This document shows positions 28,741 through 37,662 of a stretch of DNA of 64,000 nucleotides, in pieces. Origin of the DNA: a virus. The translations under genes and the position numbers were made by a program. Position 1 is the stretch's first letter. Each line of letters opens with the position of its first letter. The notes beneath the pieces were generated by a model. It ran no database searches and was not told the origin of the DNA. It was given only the letters and a program-made list of their open reading frames with translations. The DNA is taken from positions 41,429 to 105,428 of the IMG/VR virus record IMGVR_UViG_3300049811_000692. One strand, 5' to 3'.

Positions 28741-29277
28741 TCAGGTGAGGCCCGCCTCGCGGCGAGCCTCGGCCGTCAGCTTGAGCTGGGCGAGCAGCTC
28801 CTCGACGCGGTTCAGGACGGCCTGCGGCGAATTGCGCTCGCCGCGGCCGTACTCTTCCGGATCAAAGAGGCCGCGCGCCTGCCAGGGCTTGATCCCAAAG
28901 AACGACGCGCCCGCGTTGTACTCGTGGGGCCAGTCGAATGGGTCGCGGCCCGTATCCGGGTTGTTCGGGTCTCGATGGATCGGGAAGAGCCGCTTGCCAG
29001 GGTGGCGCTTGAGGTCGTCGAGCGTTCGGGCGATGTCGCCGTCGCTGCTCACCAGCACAAGCCCGCGCTCCTGGAACCAGGGGTCGAGGCAGGCGAGGCC
29101 CAAGGCGCAGGCCGTTGAGCCGCAATCGGCGCGGTAAGGTTCGGAGCGCCCCCAGTTGCACATGTCGAGGCGGATCTCAACAAAGCGCTGCAGCACAGGA
29201 GCGGCTTTCTCGACCGCGATTTGCTCCGCGAGCAGACGGCAGAGCCGCTCGAGCGCCTCGATGTTGGGTGTGGTCAT
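28741..29277 (-). CDS. Cassette gene, paralogue 3
   Basis: DCGSTACALGLACLDPWF. Confidence 0.8.
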   Translation of the reverse strand: MTTPNIEALERLCRLLAEQIAVEKAAPVLQRFVEIRLDMCNWGRSEPYRADCGSTACALGLACLDPWFQERGLVLVSSDGDIARTLDDLKRHPGKRLFPIHRDPNNPDTGRDPFDWPHEYNAGASFFGIKPWQARGLFDPEEYGRGERNSPQAVLNRVEELLAQLKLTAEARREAGLT

Positions 29278-29388
29278 CGTGGGTGGTCCTTCGTCTCCAG
29301 GCAGGGGGACGCGACTGGCCGCCTCGATTCGAGGCGGCGGGAACAACCGGCTGGGGTGGCACAAAGGGCTGCACACCAGATGTGGTGG

Positions 29389-29417
29389 ATCATATCATAA
29401 TGTGGCTCGCCGCACAA
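29389..29417 (-). promoter_or_regulatory. Sigma70 promoter for array A
   Basis: TTGTGC-17 nt-TATGAT; near-consensus operator CATA-N6-TGTG at 29391-29404. Confidence 0.65.
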
Positions 29418-29650
29418 CCGGCAGCATGAGTCAAGTCACAGAAAAAAGTGAAAATCCTCTTGCGTGAGGGGCGGCTCGCGGTATCGTGGGGGCTTCCCGG
29501 TGCCGGAAAAAGTTGACCCGCCGGCGGGGCAGCCGGCGGGTCATGCGAGGCGCCTGGGAAGGAGCGCACTGCGCGCGCGGCAATGGGGTAACCGCCCCAG
29601 AGATGTAGCGCGCATGGCCTTCGGAATCAACATCTAAATGGGAAGAACAG

Positions 29651-31198
29651 ATGGGGATGTGGGCACCTGGGAAGGTCGGAATCAGTCACCCGGACAAGGG
29701 CGTGCTCGGGCTCTCCGGGACCCGCCTCCCCCCCGCCAACATCGAAGCCGAGCAGGCCCTCCTCGGCGCCCTCCTCTCCAACAACAAGGCGCGCGAACGC
29801 ATCGGCGAACTCGCCCCGCATCACTTCGCCGACCCCGCCCACAGCGCCATCTTCGCGGCCATCATGCGGCGCCTCGACGCCGGCCAGATCGCGGACGCCG
29901 TCAGCGTCCGCAATGAGGTCGAGCATCACCCCGATCTCGCCGAAGCCGGCGGCGGCGCCTACCTCGCCCAGCTCCTCGCCGCCATGGTCGGCATCGTCAA
30001 CGCCGGCGAGTACGCCCGACTCATCCGCGACGCCTGGGTGCGTCGCCAGATCATCGCGGTCGCGGAGGAGGCCGCCCGCGGCGCCTACTGGGAGGAGGGA
30101 GCAGATCAGGACGGGGGCGAGATCCTTCAGCGCGTGGTCGAGCAGGTCGAGGCGCTGCGCGAGCAGAGCGGCACCGGCGTCCCGCTCCTCGATCCCGCGA
30201 CCGCCATCAACGCCATGCTCGCCGAGGCCGAGCAGGCGCACCGCAACGGCGGCGTGCGCGGCATCCCCACCTGCTTCAAACCCGTCGATGAGCTGTTCAT
30301 GGGCGCGGTCCCGGGCGGGCTCTACATCCTCGGCGCCAGGCCCGGCATGGGGAAGTCGGCCCTCGCCATGCAGATCGCGCTCCGACTGGCCGCGCGGCGC
30401 CAGAAGGCGATCGAGAAGGGCGCGGAGCCGCCGCCTGGGCGCGTGTTTTTCGCCTCGCTCGAGATGACAGCGGTGCAGCTCATGGAGCGCGCCATTTCCG
30501 TGGCCTCAGGCGTCTATGCGAACGACATCGGCCGCGGCCGCATCTACGACGACCCGGACAAGATGCGGCGGGTGATGGAGGCGCGGGACCGCATTGCCTC
30601 GCTCCCGGTGCTGATCGAGGACGCGGCCCAGGTCAGCATCGGCACGATCGAGCGCCGCGCCATCGAAGCCCGGCGCAAGCTCCAAGGCCTCGACCTCATC
30701 GTGGTCGATCACCTCCACATCGTCGATCGAGGCAAGACCTCCGGGAAGTTCGGCGACACCCAGGCCGTGGGCGAGATCAGCCGCGGGCTCAAGGCGATGG
30801 CGAAGCGCCTGAAGGTCCCTGTCCTGGCGCTGGCGCAGCTCAACCGCGGGGTCGAGACACGCGACGACAAGCGCCCCACGCTCGCCGACCTGCGCCAGTC
30901 GGGCGACATCGAGCAGGACGCCGATGGCGTACTCTTCCTCTACCGGCACGAGTACTACCTCGGGAACCAGCCGCCCGCGCCGGCGGGCAACGAGCGCCCC
31001 GAGAAGCACACGGAGCGGTGCTCCCAGTGGCTCGCCGAGAAGGATCTCTGGCGGGGCAAGGCCGAGGTCATCATCGCGAAGAACCGCGGCGGCGAGAACA
31101 ACGTCACCGCCATGCTCGGCTGGGACGCGCCTCGCACCCGCTTCACCGACCACATCGACGACGTCATCCACCCTGACAGATCAGAGGAGGCCTCCTGA
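29651..31198 (+). CDS. dnaB: Replicative DNA helicase
   Basis: PPANIEAEQALLGALL, GARPGMGKS, SLEM, VVDHLH, LAQLNR, DLRQSGDIEQDAD, IAKNRGG. Confidence 0.95.
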   Translation: MGMWAPGKVGISHPDKGVLGLSGTRLPPANIEAEQALLGALLSNNKARERIGELAPHHFADPAHSAIFAAIMRRLDAGQIADAVSVRNEVEHHPDLAEAGGGAYLAQLLAAMVGIVNAGEYARLIRDAWVRRQIIAVAEEAARGAYWEEGADQDGGEILQRVVEQVEALREQSGTGVPLLDPATAINAMLAEAEQAHRNGGVRGIPTCFKPVDELFMGAVPGGLYILGARPGMGKSALAMQIALRLAARRQKAIEKGAEPPPGRVFFASLEMTAVQLMERAISVASGVYANDIGRGRIYDDPDKMRRVMEARDRIASLPVLIEDAAQVSIGTIERRAIEARRKLQGLDLIVVDHLHIVDRGKTSGKFGDTQAVGEISRGLKAMAKRLKVPVLALAQLNRGVETRDDKRPTLADLRQSGDIEQDADGVLFLYRHEYYLGNQPPAPAGNERPEKHTERCSQWLAEKDLWRGKAEVIIAKNRGGENNVTAMLGWDAPRTRFTDHIDDVIHPDRSEEAS

Positions 31199-32247
31199 TG
31201 GCCCGCATTCGCTCCGTCCATCCCGGCCTCTTCACGGACGAGGCCTTCATGTGCCTCACCCCTTGGGCGCGCATCCTCCTGGTCGGTCTGCTCACCGAGG
31301 CCGACGACAACGGCGTCTTCGCCTGGAAGCCCGTCACCCTGAAGGTCCGTCTGCTCCCCGCCGATCATGTGGACGTGAACCCCCTGCTCGCCGAGCTTCA
31401 GCAGGCCGGATTCCTCCGCCAGTACGACGTGCGGGGCAGCCTCTACGGCGCCGTCCGCAACTTCTGCCGCTGGCAGCGCCCTGAGCGCCCGAACACCGTC
31501 CACCCGCTCCCGGACGCGATCGCCGAGTTTGTGGCGCTCGGGGCGCGCGGCCGCGGGCGGCGCAAGCAGGAGGCCCCGCCGCCGGCGGCGCCCGCCCCCG
31601 CGCAGGAGGCCTCACCGAGGCCGCGGCAGCGCGAGTACCCGTCGCTCGAGCTGCTCCAGGGCGGCCGCGCCCAGCCGCCAGAGCGGGAGGAGAGGCCCGC
31701 GGCCGCGCCGCCGCAGCGCCCGCGCGAGGCCTGGGAGGAGGGGCCGCCGGCCTGGCTGGAGGCCGCGACACCGCCCGCCGAGGAAGACCTGCGGGCTCCG
31801 GCCGCGCGCGGCAGCGGCCGCGGGGACTGGCCGACGGGCGAGCGCCAGGAGGATGGCTCGCTCCTCTGCGCGGACGGCAAGGTCAGGGCATCCCGCCAGC
31901 TCCTCGAGAAGCTGAGCGGGGGGCCGTTGAAGCCCTCCAAGGTGCGGGGCTGGGCGCACTGGATCGACCGCTCGATCAAGTACGGGGATTGGGGCTGCGG
32001 CGGCGTGGTCTGGGACGGCGCCTGCCGTGACATCCGGGCGATCCTGGGCTGGCCCGACGGCATGGCCGCCGACTGGGGCCCGCTGGCGGAGTGGTGCCAC
32101 GCCGGCCTGGATTTCCCGACGATCGAGCGCGTGTTGCGCGAGGGCGTGGCGTCCATGGGCGAGAAGCCCATCACCTCGCTCGCCTTCTTCCAGGCGCCCA
32201 TGGCGGTGCTGATGGAGCGCGCCGGCTACCGCCGGGCCAGCGCTTAG
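31198..32247 (+). CDS. Phage replication initiator / replisome organiser
   Basis: MARIRSVHP.LFTDE...ARIL..GL..EADD.G N-terminal domain; coupled to dnaB. Confidence 0.75.
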   Translation: MARIRSVHPGLFTDEAFMCLTPWARILLVGLLTEADDNGVFAWKPVTLKVRLLPADHVDVNPLLAELQQAGFLRQYDVRGSLYGAVRNFCRWQRPERPNTVHPLPDAIAEFVALGARGRGRRKQEAPPPAAPAPAQEASPRPRQREYPSLELLQGGRAQPPEREERPAAAPPQRPREAWEEGPPAWLEAATPPAEEDLRAPAARGSGRGDWPTGERQEDGSLLCADGKVRASRQLLEKLSGGPLKPSKVRGWAHWIDRSIKYGDWGCGGVVWDGACRDIRAILGWPDGMAADWGPLAEWCHAGLDFPTIERVLREGVASMGEKPITSLAFFQAPMAVLMERAGYRRASA

Positions 32248-32693
32248 TCGGGGAGGAAGGCCCAGATCGGCTTCGCGCGGTAGGGCACGCCGAGCTCCTC
32301 GACCAGCCGGAAGAACTGCCCGCCGGTCGAGACGACTTCCACGCGGAAGCCGAGCGCGCGCAGCTTCGGGTGCATCTCCCGCTGCGCCTCGGATAGCCGG
32401 GTGGCTTTCTGCACCACCGTGTTGCCGAGACGGATCTCGGGCGCCTTCATCTCGATGAAGGTGACGCGCGCGCCCTGCTGCAGCAGGACGAGGTCGGGCA
32501 TCCCGGCGCGTGCGCCTTCGGCCTTGAGGATTGCGCCGCTGATGCCGTCTCGCCGGCCGCCGTTCGGAATGGAGAACAGGATCGCGTCGGTGTCCGCGAC
32601 GTTGCGGTCCCACCAGTCCACGATGGAGACCTGAAGGTCGCTTTCCTGGTGGCGGGGGCGCCCGCGGCGCGCCTGCCCGGCCAGCCCCCCCAT
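32244..32693 (-). CDS. VRR-NUC family nuclease
   Basis: ES.LQ, SIPNGG, LKAEG.RAGMPDL, FIEMK, LSEAQ. Confidence 0.85.
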   Translation of the reverse strand: MGGLAGQARRGRPRHQESDLQVSIVDWWDRNVADTDAILFSIPNGGRRDGISGAILKAEGARAGMPDLVLLQQGARVTFIEMKAPEIRLGNTVVQKATRLSEAQREMHPKLRALGFRVEVVSTGGQFFRLVEELGVPYRAKPIWAFLPD

Positions 32694-32732
32694 GAAAACG
32701 CCTCTTGTAGGCATCACAACTCCGTGTGGTAA

Positions 32733-33011
32733 TTAGGCCCGCCTCGAATCCCGAGACGCCGGCGCCTTGGCGCGGCTTCGCTGGACGAGGATGGTGATCT
32801 GAGCGTCCGGAAACAGGATGTTCTCGATGGCACGGAGGGTGGCGAACTGTGGACGCCAGGACGGCGAGGCGTCGGCCGCGCGCCGCTTTCCGCCGAAGCC
32901 GCGGAGGGTGTTCGGGTGCAGGCCCGTGCGTTCCGCCAGCGCCTTCTTCGAGAGCTTCTGCTTCTGGGCTTCGGCCTCGAGGAGCTCGATGAGAGATTCT
33001 AGGCAACTCAT
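32733..33011 (-). CDS. Cro-like XRE HTH protein
   Basis: SD AGGAGG; LSKKALAERTGLHPNTL...W.P...TLRAIE; divergent from cI-like gene. Confidence 0.75.
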   Translation of the reverse strand: MSCLESLIELLEAEAQKQKLSKKALAERTGLHPNTLRGFGGKRRAADASPSWRPQFATLRAIENILFPDAQITILVQRSRAKAPASRDSRRA

Positions 33012-33028
33012 ACCTCCTTGTGTCCGAT

Positions 33029-33042
33029 CACACGGAGATGTG
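33029..33042. promoter_or_regulatory. Operator palindrome between cro and cI
   Basis: CACA-CGGAGA-TGTG in a 45-bp intergenic gap. Confidence 0.75.
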
Positions 33043-33056
33043 GAAGAGGGAAGAGA

Positions 33057-33818
33057 ATGACCGACGAGCAACCCCGTATGCGTGCCGGGACGAGCGCACG
33101 CGAGCGGGCGGAGGCGGAGCGTCGGGCAGCGCAGAGACGCAAGGCGATCCAGAGGTTCATGGCCGAGCGAGATCTGAAGCCGGCCGAGTGGGCGCGGAAT
33201 GCGGGCCTGCCCAACGCGAACGCGATCTACAACCTGCGCACGGGCGCGAGCCGGTCGCTCTCGCAGGAGACGCTGGAGCGGCTGGCCAGGGCCGCCGGCG
33301 CGTCGGTGGCCGAGCTCATTGGCGAGGCTGCGGCCAGCGAGCGCATGGTGAACATGGTGTCGGTCGCGATCGACGCCGAAAGCGGGGCGTGGCGGCGCAG
33401 CTACGAGGTGGGCGGGGCGAGGCGCCCGGCGCTGCCGGTGCCGCCCGGGATGCCGGTCGATGAGGCGGCGATGGTGGCCGACAACCACGCCTCGACCTAC
33501 TACCAGGCGGGGATGATCGTGGGCGTGCAGTCCTTCGGCACGCTCGGGCGTCGCGGCCTGATCCACGGCGATCGGGTGCTGGTGCATCGCGTGCGGGAGC
33601 GGAAGCACGAGACGACCATCCGGCTGGTGGTGGAGGGCGGCTCGGCCAAGAACCGAAGCGGGGAGCTGCACTTCGCGAGCCGCGATCGCCGGTTCGGGGC
33701 CATCGTCCCTGTGCCGACCTGGCCCTACGATGGGTCGTGGTGGGAGACGGACGGCGATCGCTTTCAGATCCGCGGCCGCGTGGTGCTCGGCTACCTCCTC
33801 GACGACGACGGGGCCTGA
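33057..33818 (+). CDS. CI-like repressor (XRE HTH + degenerate S24-like domain)
   Basis: AEWARNAGL.NANAIYNL.TG.S.SL..ETLE.LA; C-terminal IRGRVV. Confidence 0.75.
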   Translation: MTDEQPRMRAGTSARERAEAERRAAQRRKAIQRFMAERDLKPAEWARNAGLPNANAIYNLRTGASRSLSQETLERLARAAGASVAELIGEAAASERMVNMVSVAIDAESGAWRRSYEVGGARRPALPVPPGMPVDEAAMVADNHASTYYQAGMIVGVQSFGTLGRRGLIHGDRVLVHRVRERKHETTIRLVVEGGSAKNRSGELHFASRDRRFGAIVPVPTWPYDGSWWETDGDRFQIRGRVVLGYLLDDDGA

Positions 33819-33822
33819 ACGC

Positions 33823-33862
33823 AAGAAACCCCCGATCTTCTCGATGAAGATCGGGGGTTTCT
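33823..33862. terminator. Bidirectional terminator
   Basis: agaaacccccgatcttc / gaagatcgggggtttct perfect inverted repeat. Confidence 0.85.
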
Positions 33863-34182
33863 GCGTCCTGTATCGTGGTCCAGGCCGTCCTGCTGCGGGG
33901 CCTCGCGGCGCCCAGTATGAGGTGGGCGCGCTAGGCCGGCGCGGCGGGTCGTGACGCCACCTCTGCCCCTGGATCAGCCACGATCCGGGGTGGTCATTTG
34001 GCAGCAGAGGCTCAGGTGCGAGCTTGCGGGCAACACAGAGGTGCGTCGAAGTGGGTCTGCAAGCGCTGCGGTGCTTGCGCCTTGCCGCCTCACGAGGGCG
34101 GTTCGGCTCGCTTCCTGTCTCAACCCTCGGGATGAGGGGCAGTAGATACATAGGGGAGCGACAGCGAGGACTTCACTTGTCC
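33826..34182 (-). ncRNA. Candidate ~350-nt structured RNA
   Basis: Promoter TTGCAT-17 nt-TATATT (34188-34216), several hairpins, no credible ORF, terminator at the end. Confidence 0.5.
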
Positions 34183-34215
34183 TAAGTAATATAACAAAAC
34201 GACCCGTCAGATGCA

Positions 34216-34249
34216 AGAAAAACCCGACGATTGCTCGTCGGGTTTCTTG
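34216..34249 (-). terminator. Terminator ending array B
   Basis: aaacccgacga-ttgc-tcgtcgggttt. Confidence 0.85.
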
Positions 34250-34849
34250 TCAGGTCGTCGCCTCGGGCTCGTAGAGCCGGAGGAGGGGGTAAGGCTCCGC
34301 GTCACGGTCGAAGTTGATGAACCGGGCCGAGTGCCGGCGCGCGACCGAGAAGCAGGCCTCCAAGGCGCGCGGCGCAGGAGGTTCGATCTCGATCATGAGA
34401 TCGTCTTCGTCCTCGGACGGGACGACTACCACCCACCCGTCGATGTGGCGATGGGTGCGGTGCGGGGGCAGCTTGGCGCCCTGCAGGAAGGCGCCGCTGC
34501 CCGCAAGGCGGTAGGCGGTCACCGCCGCCTCCTCCATCGCGGCCCACTCGTCGAGAAGCTGGGTGGTCTCGGGGTCGAGGTGGGCGGCGCAGAGGTCGAG
34601 AATGATCCTGGTCGGGTAGGGGTCCTCGATCGCCGCCTTCAGGCGTGCGATGAGGGCCTCGACCTCGAGCAGCAGTTCGTTCGACTGCTCGTCGGCGCTC
34701 TGGCGGTCGCGGGCCAGCTCGCCAGTCAAGGTCGTGATCGGCGTGCCGTCGGCGGCCCGGAGGACCGTGCAGGCGCTCTCCAGGAGGTTCTGGCGGTCCG
34801 CCTCGATGTAGGCGAGCGCGTCGTGCGCCGCCTCGATGAGATCGGGCAT
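34250..34849 (-). CDS. Cassette gene with DUF5983-like C-terminus
   Basis: LDLCAAHL..ET..LL...GWVVVV...AR..SA..INFD.DA...LRLYE. Confidence 0.65.
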   Translation of the reverse strand: MPDLIEAAHDALAYIEADRQNLLESACTVLRAADGTPITTLTGELARDRQSADEQSNELLLEVEALIARLKAAIEDPYPTRIILDLCAAHLDPETTQLLDEWAAMEEAAVTAYRLAGSGAFLQGAKLPPHRTHRHIDGWVVVVPSEDEDDLMIEIEPPAPRALEACFSVARRHSARFINFDRDAEPYPLLRLYEPEATT

Positions 34850-34942
34850 GGTGGTGTCCTACGGCCCCAGGCTGGGGGCCGCGACTGGCCGCCCCACAGC
34901 GGGGCGGCGGGGCCAGGACGCAACGGCGTCCTGGCAAGGTGG

Positions 34943-35377
34943 TCAGGTCTCGGCGTCCTCGTCCACCACGCGGCGCGGCAGCTTGATGTCGAGCCCGGTG
35001 GCCGTGGCCGCGAGGGCCAGGCCGGCGGCCCAGAGGGAAGGGCCGCCATCCGACGACACCTTGATGGCGTCGGGGGCGTGGTGGGCCGCGATGGCCAGGA
35101 TCGCCGTCACCGCGGTGTCGTAGGGGTAGCCGCGGGTCTTGCAGAAGTTGAAGTACCCGTCCGCGTAGGCCCGGCCGATCGGCTCCTGCGTGAGCAGGAA
35201 CGTCTCGCAGTCCTGCCCATCCACGCCGTTGAAGGCGATGGCGGAGGAGGAGTCGCCGCGCTCGAGGCGGACGGCGCCGTGAGCCTCGGTCAGCGCCGCG
35301 GTCGCGTCGAGGCGGATGCGGCGCCACTCTTCGTTGGTGAACGGGCGCGTGATGCGCCAGTAGTGGGTGTGGCCCAT
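34943..35377 (-). CDS. Cassette gene, hypothetical
   Basis: MGHTHYW...FNG...CETF...FNFCKT..YPYD.AV...VSSDG. Confidence 0.8.
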   Translation of the reverse strand: MGHTHYWRITRPFTNEEWRRIRLDATAALTEAHGAVRLERGDSSSAIAFNGVDGQDCETFLLTQEPIGRAYADGYFNFCKTRGYPYDTAVTAILAIAAHHAPDAIKVSSDGGPSLWAAGLALAATATGLDIKLPRRVVDEDAET

Positions 35378-35468
35378 GGGGCGTGGTCCTTCGCCCCGAA
35401 CAGGGGGCGCGACTGGCCGCCCCACAGCGGGGCGGCGGGGCCAGGGCGCGCGAGGCGCCGCTGGCGGG

Positions 35469-36116
35469 TTAGAGGCGGGCGCAGCGATCGCCATCCTTGG
35501 TGAAGCGGTACTCGTTGATGGTGATCGCCTCGTCCACGTACTCGTCCGAGTTGCGGTATTCGTCCTCGGTGAGCACCTGCTTCAGCAGCCACACGGCGAG
35601 GTCGCGCAGGAGCCTGGTGATTGCCTCCTCGGCGCCTTCGGTCATGTCCTGGTGGGTCGGGCTGTCCCGCTCCACGTCGATGACCATGCAGTACTCGTGG
35701 TTGTAGGGCGGGCTGTAGCCGACCTTCGCGCGCAGCTGGTAGAAGTTGGCCTTCTGGACCTTCTGCAGCTCGTCGGCGATGCGGTGGAGCTCGTTGTCTA
35801 TGGGGGCGTAGTCGCGGATCGCCTGGGTCGAGCCCTTGGCGTAGCGATAGGTGCCCTCGAAGCGGGCGCCCTGCCCCTGGCAGTAGAGGTGGGACCAGAA
35901 GACGCAGGGATTGCGGCGGGTGCCCCCGCCGTAGAGCCTGACCGGGTAGGTCGCGAGCTCGACGCCGAGGATCTCGCAGATCTGCTCGAAGTCGGACGTC
36001 ACGCTATCGAAGTCGTCGTCGGAGAACGCCTCGCGCCACCAGGCGCGGGCGCGTTCCTTCGCGTCGTCGTCGAGCTCCTCGAAGAGGTAGACCGCGACGA
36101 CCATGGTTTCGGGCAT
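35469..36116 (-). CDS. Cassette gene of a plasmid/ICE-type family (often auto-annotated 'antitoxin of toxin-antitoxin stability system')
   Basis: VYLFEELDDDAKERARAWWR...QGQGARFEG...QKANFYQL...HEYCM...NEYRFTKDG. Confidence 0.75.
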   Translation of the reverse strand: MPETMVVAVYLFEELDDDAKERARAWWREAFSDDDFDSVTSDFEQICEILGVELATYPVRLYGGGTRRNPCVFWSHLYCQGQGARFEGTYRYAKGSTQAIRDYAPIDNELHRIADELQKVQKANFYQLRAKVGYSPPYNHEYCMVIDVERDSPTHQDMTEGAEEAITRLLRDLAVWLLKQVLTEDEYRNSDEYVDEAITINEYRFTKDGDRCARL

Positions 36117-36198
36117 GGTGGTGTCCTTCGCCCCGAACAGGGGGCGCGACTGGCCGCACCAGGGCGGTGCGGCGGGCCGCCCTACTGGGGCGGGGTCG

Positions 36199-36486
36199 TC
36201 AGATGATGCGCAGCGGCGGACGCCCAGCGCGGTAGCGCTGGATGATCCAGGCCGTGATGTAGGCCCAGGCGGCGAGGGTCGCGATCCAAAAGAGCGCGGT
36301 CTCGGCCACGTCGCTCCGGCCGATCAGCCACCAGGTCAGGGGCGGGCCGATCAGGTTCTCGGTCAGCCACCAGAAGGGGCTGAGGAAGGTGCCCGTGGCG
36401 GCCAGCGTCAGCACGCCGATGGCGGCGGCAAACAGGAAGGTCGGCACGGGGTAGAGGAAGACGGCGCAGAAGGCGCGGAACAGCAT
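36199..36486 (-). CDS. Cassette gene, small membrane protein
   Basis: 95 aa, hydrophobic; element SD. Confidence 0.7.
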   Translation of the reverse strand: MLFRAFCAVFLYPVPTFLFAAAIGVLTLAATGTFLSPFWWLTENLIGPPLTWWLIGRSDVAETALFWIATLAAWAYITAWIIQRYRAGRPPLRII

Positions 36487-36586
36487 CGGGGTGGTCCTTT
36501 CGGCCCATGCAGGGGCCGCGACTGGCCGCCCCAGGGCGGGGCGGCAAGAGCCGAGCTTACAGGCGCTCGGCGGGCCTTGATCCAGA

Positions 36587-36973
36587 TCAGGTGTGGATCG
36601 TCCACGCCCGCTCTTCGGGGTGGAGGATGATTCCTCCCGCGTAAAGGAGCTGGATGCCGGTGCTGCCTGCGGGCGCGGTGCTGATGCTCCAGTCGAGGTT
36701 CGGCGTCGTGTCATCGCCCCAGACCGGGGCAATGAGCAGGACCACCGGCCGCTCGCTGCGCGCCGCGTAGAGGGACGCGGTGTGGAGCACCTCGCCCATG
36801 CAGCGGTCGAGGGAGGCGCGGACGTTGTTGGTCCGCGCCCACTCCAGGAGGTCCCGGAGGTGGCCGGGGTTCCCGTAGCGGATCGTCAGGCCGTGCTTGC
36901 CCTGGGGCAGGTCGTCCTGGCGGGTGATCGGCCCGCGCAGAGGGGCCGTCGGGATGGTAAGGAGGTCGCCCAT
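36587..36973 (-). CDS. Cassette gene, hypothetical
   Basis: C-terminal GGIILH...WTIHT motif. Confidence 0.75.
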   Translation of the reverse strand: MGDLLTIPTAPLRGPITRQDDLPQGKHGLTIRYGNPGHLRDLLEWARTNNVRASLDRCMGEVLHTASLYAARSERPVVLLIAPVWGDDTTPNLDWSISTAPAGSTGIQLLYAGGIILHPEERAWTIHT

Positions 36974-37072
36974 GGTGGGGTGTCCTTCGGCCCCCAGTCA
37001 GGGGGGCCGCGACTGGCCGCCCCACAGCGGGGCGGCGGGGCCAGGGCGCGCGGGGCGCCGCTGGCGGGATGG

Positions 37073-37567
37073 TCACTCGGGGACCAGCAGACGGGCCGCG
37101 TCGATGGCGTCCTGGCTCTCATCCTCGAGGTTGCCGAGGTTGAGGTCCGGGCAGTCCAGCAGGCGCCGGAGCGCCTCCTGCAGCCTCTCGATGGTGTCGG
37201 CCGCGGTCTGAAGGTCGCGGGCGACGTTCTGGAGGCACTCGGTCTGCTCGGTGAGGGTGTAGGGCTCGAAGCAGGCCGGGCGGAGCCAGCGCCCTTCGTA
37301 GAGGCGCAGGTCGGCCCGCGCGGCCGGATCGGTGACGTCCTCGGGCCACACGATGGGCGGCTCGGCGTCGCCGGCGAAGCGCGTGTAGTGCGGGTCGTCC
37401 GCTTCCTGCTCGTCGTAGTAGCCGTCGGGCGGGGCGAGGGGGCGGCCTTCGCTGTCGAACTCGCCACCGTCGAGCGCGGCGCCGATGTCAAAGGTGTCGA
37501 GCCAGCGCCCGGTGTTCGAGGCGCCGAGCGCGGCCTCGCGCAGCCGCGCGGGGGTGATGTTCAGCAT
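37073..37567 (-). CDS. Cassette gene, hypothetical
   Basis: Element SD then ATG. Confidence 0.75.
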   Translation of the reverse strand: MLNITPARLREAALGASNTGRWLDTFDIGAALDGGEFDSEGRPLAPPDGYYDEQEADDPHYTRFAGDAEPPIVWPEDVTDPAARADLRLYEGRWLRPACFEPYTLTEQTECLQNVARDLQTAADTIERLQEALRRLLDCPDLNLGNLEDESQDAIDAARLLVPE

Positions 37568-37662
37568 GGTGCTGTCCTTCGGCCCCAGGCAGGGGGCCGC
37601 GACTGGCCGCCCCACAGCGGGGCGGCGGGCCAAGGCGCGCGGGGCGCGCCTTGGGTGATGTG

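Larger units (their letters stand above)
22337..29341 (-). repeat. Array A: 12 copies of the structured leader element
   Basis: Approx. 22337-22402, 22749-22833, 23376-23463, 23886-23969, 24235-24322, 24714-24800, 25453-25538, 26110-26202, 27406-27502, 28022-28109, 28649-28735, 29278-29341; each ends just upstream of a start codon. Confidence 0.95.

Noticed and set aside
29599-29637. NrdR-box-like sequences before dnaB (also near 57128)
   Set aside because: Mismatched and too short to support by eye.
32733-34151. 472-aa ORF as one gene
   Set aside because: It crosses a terminator and is antisense to cI; only the last 92 codons have an SD and an HTH.
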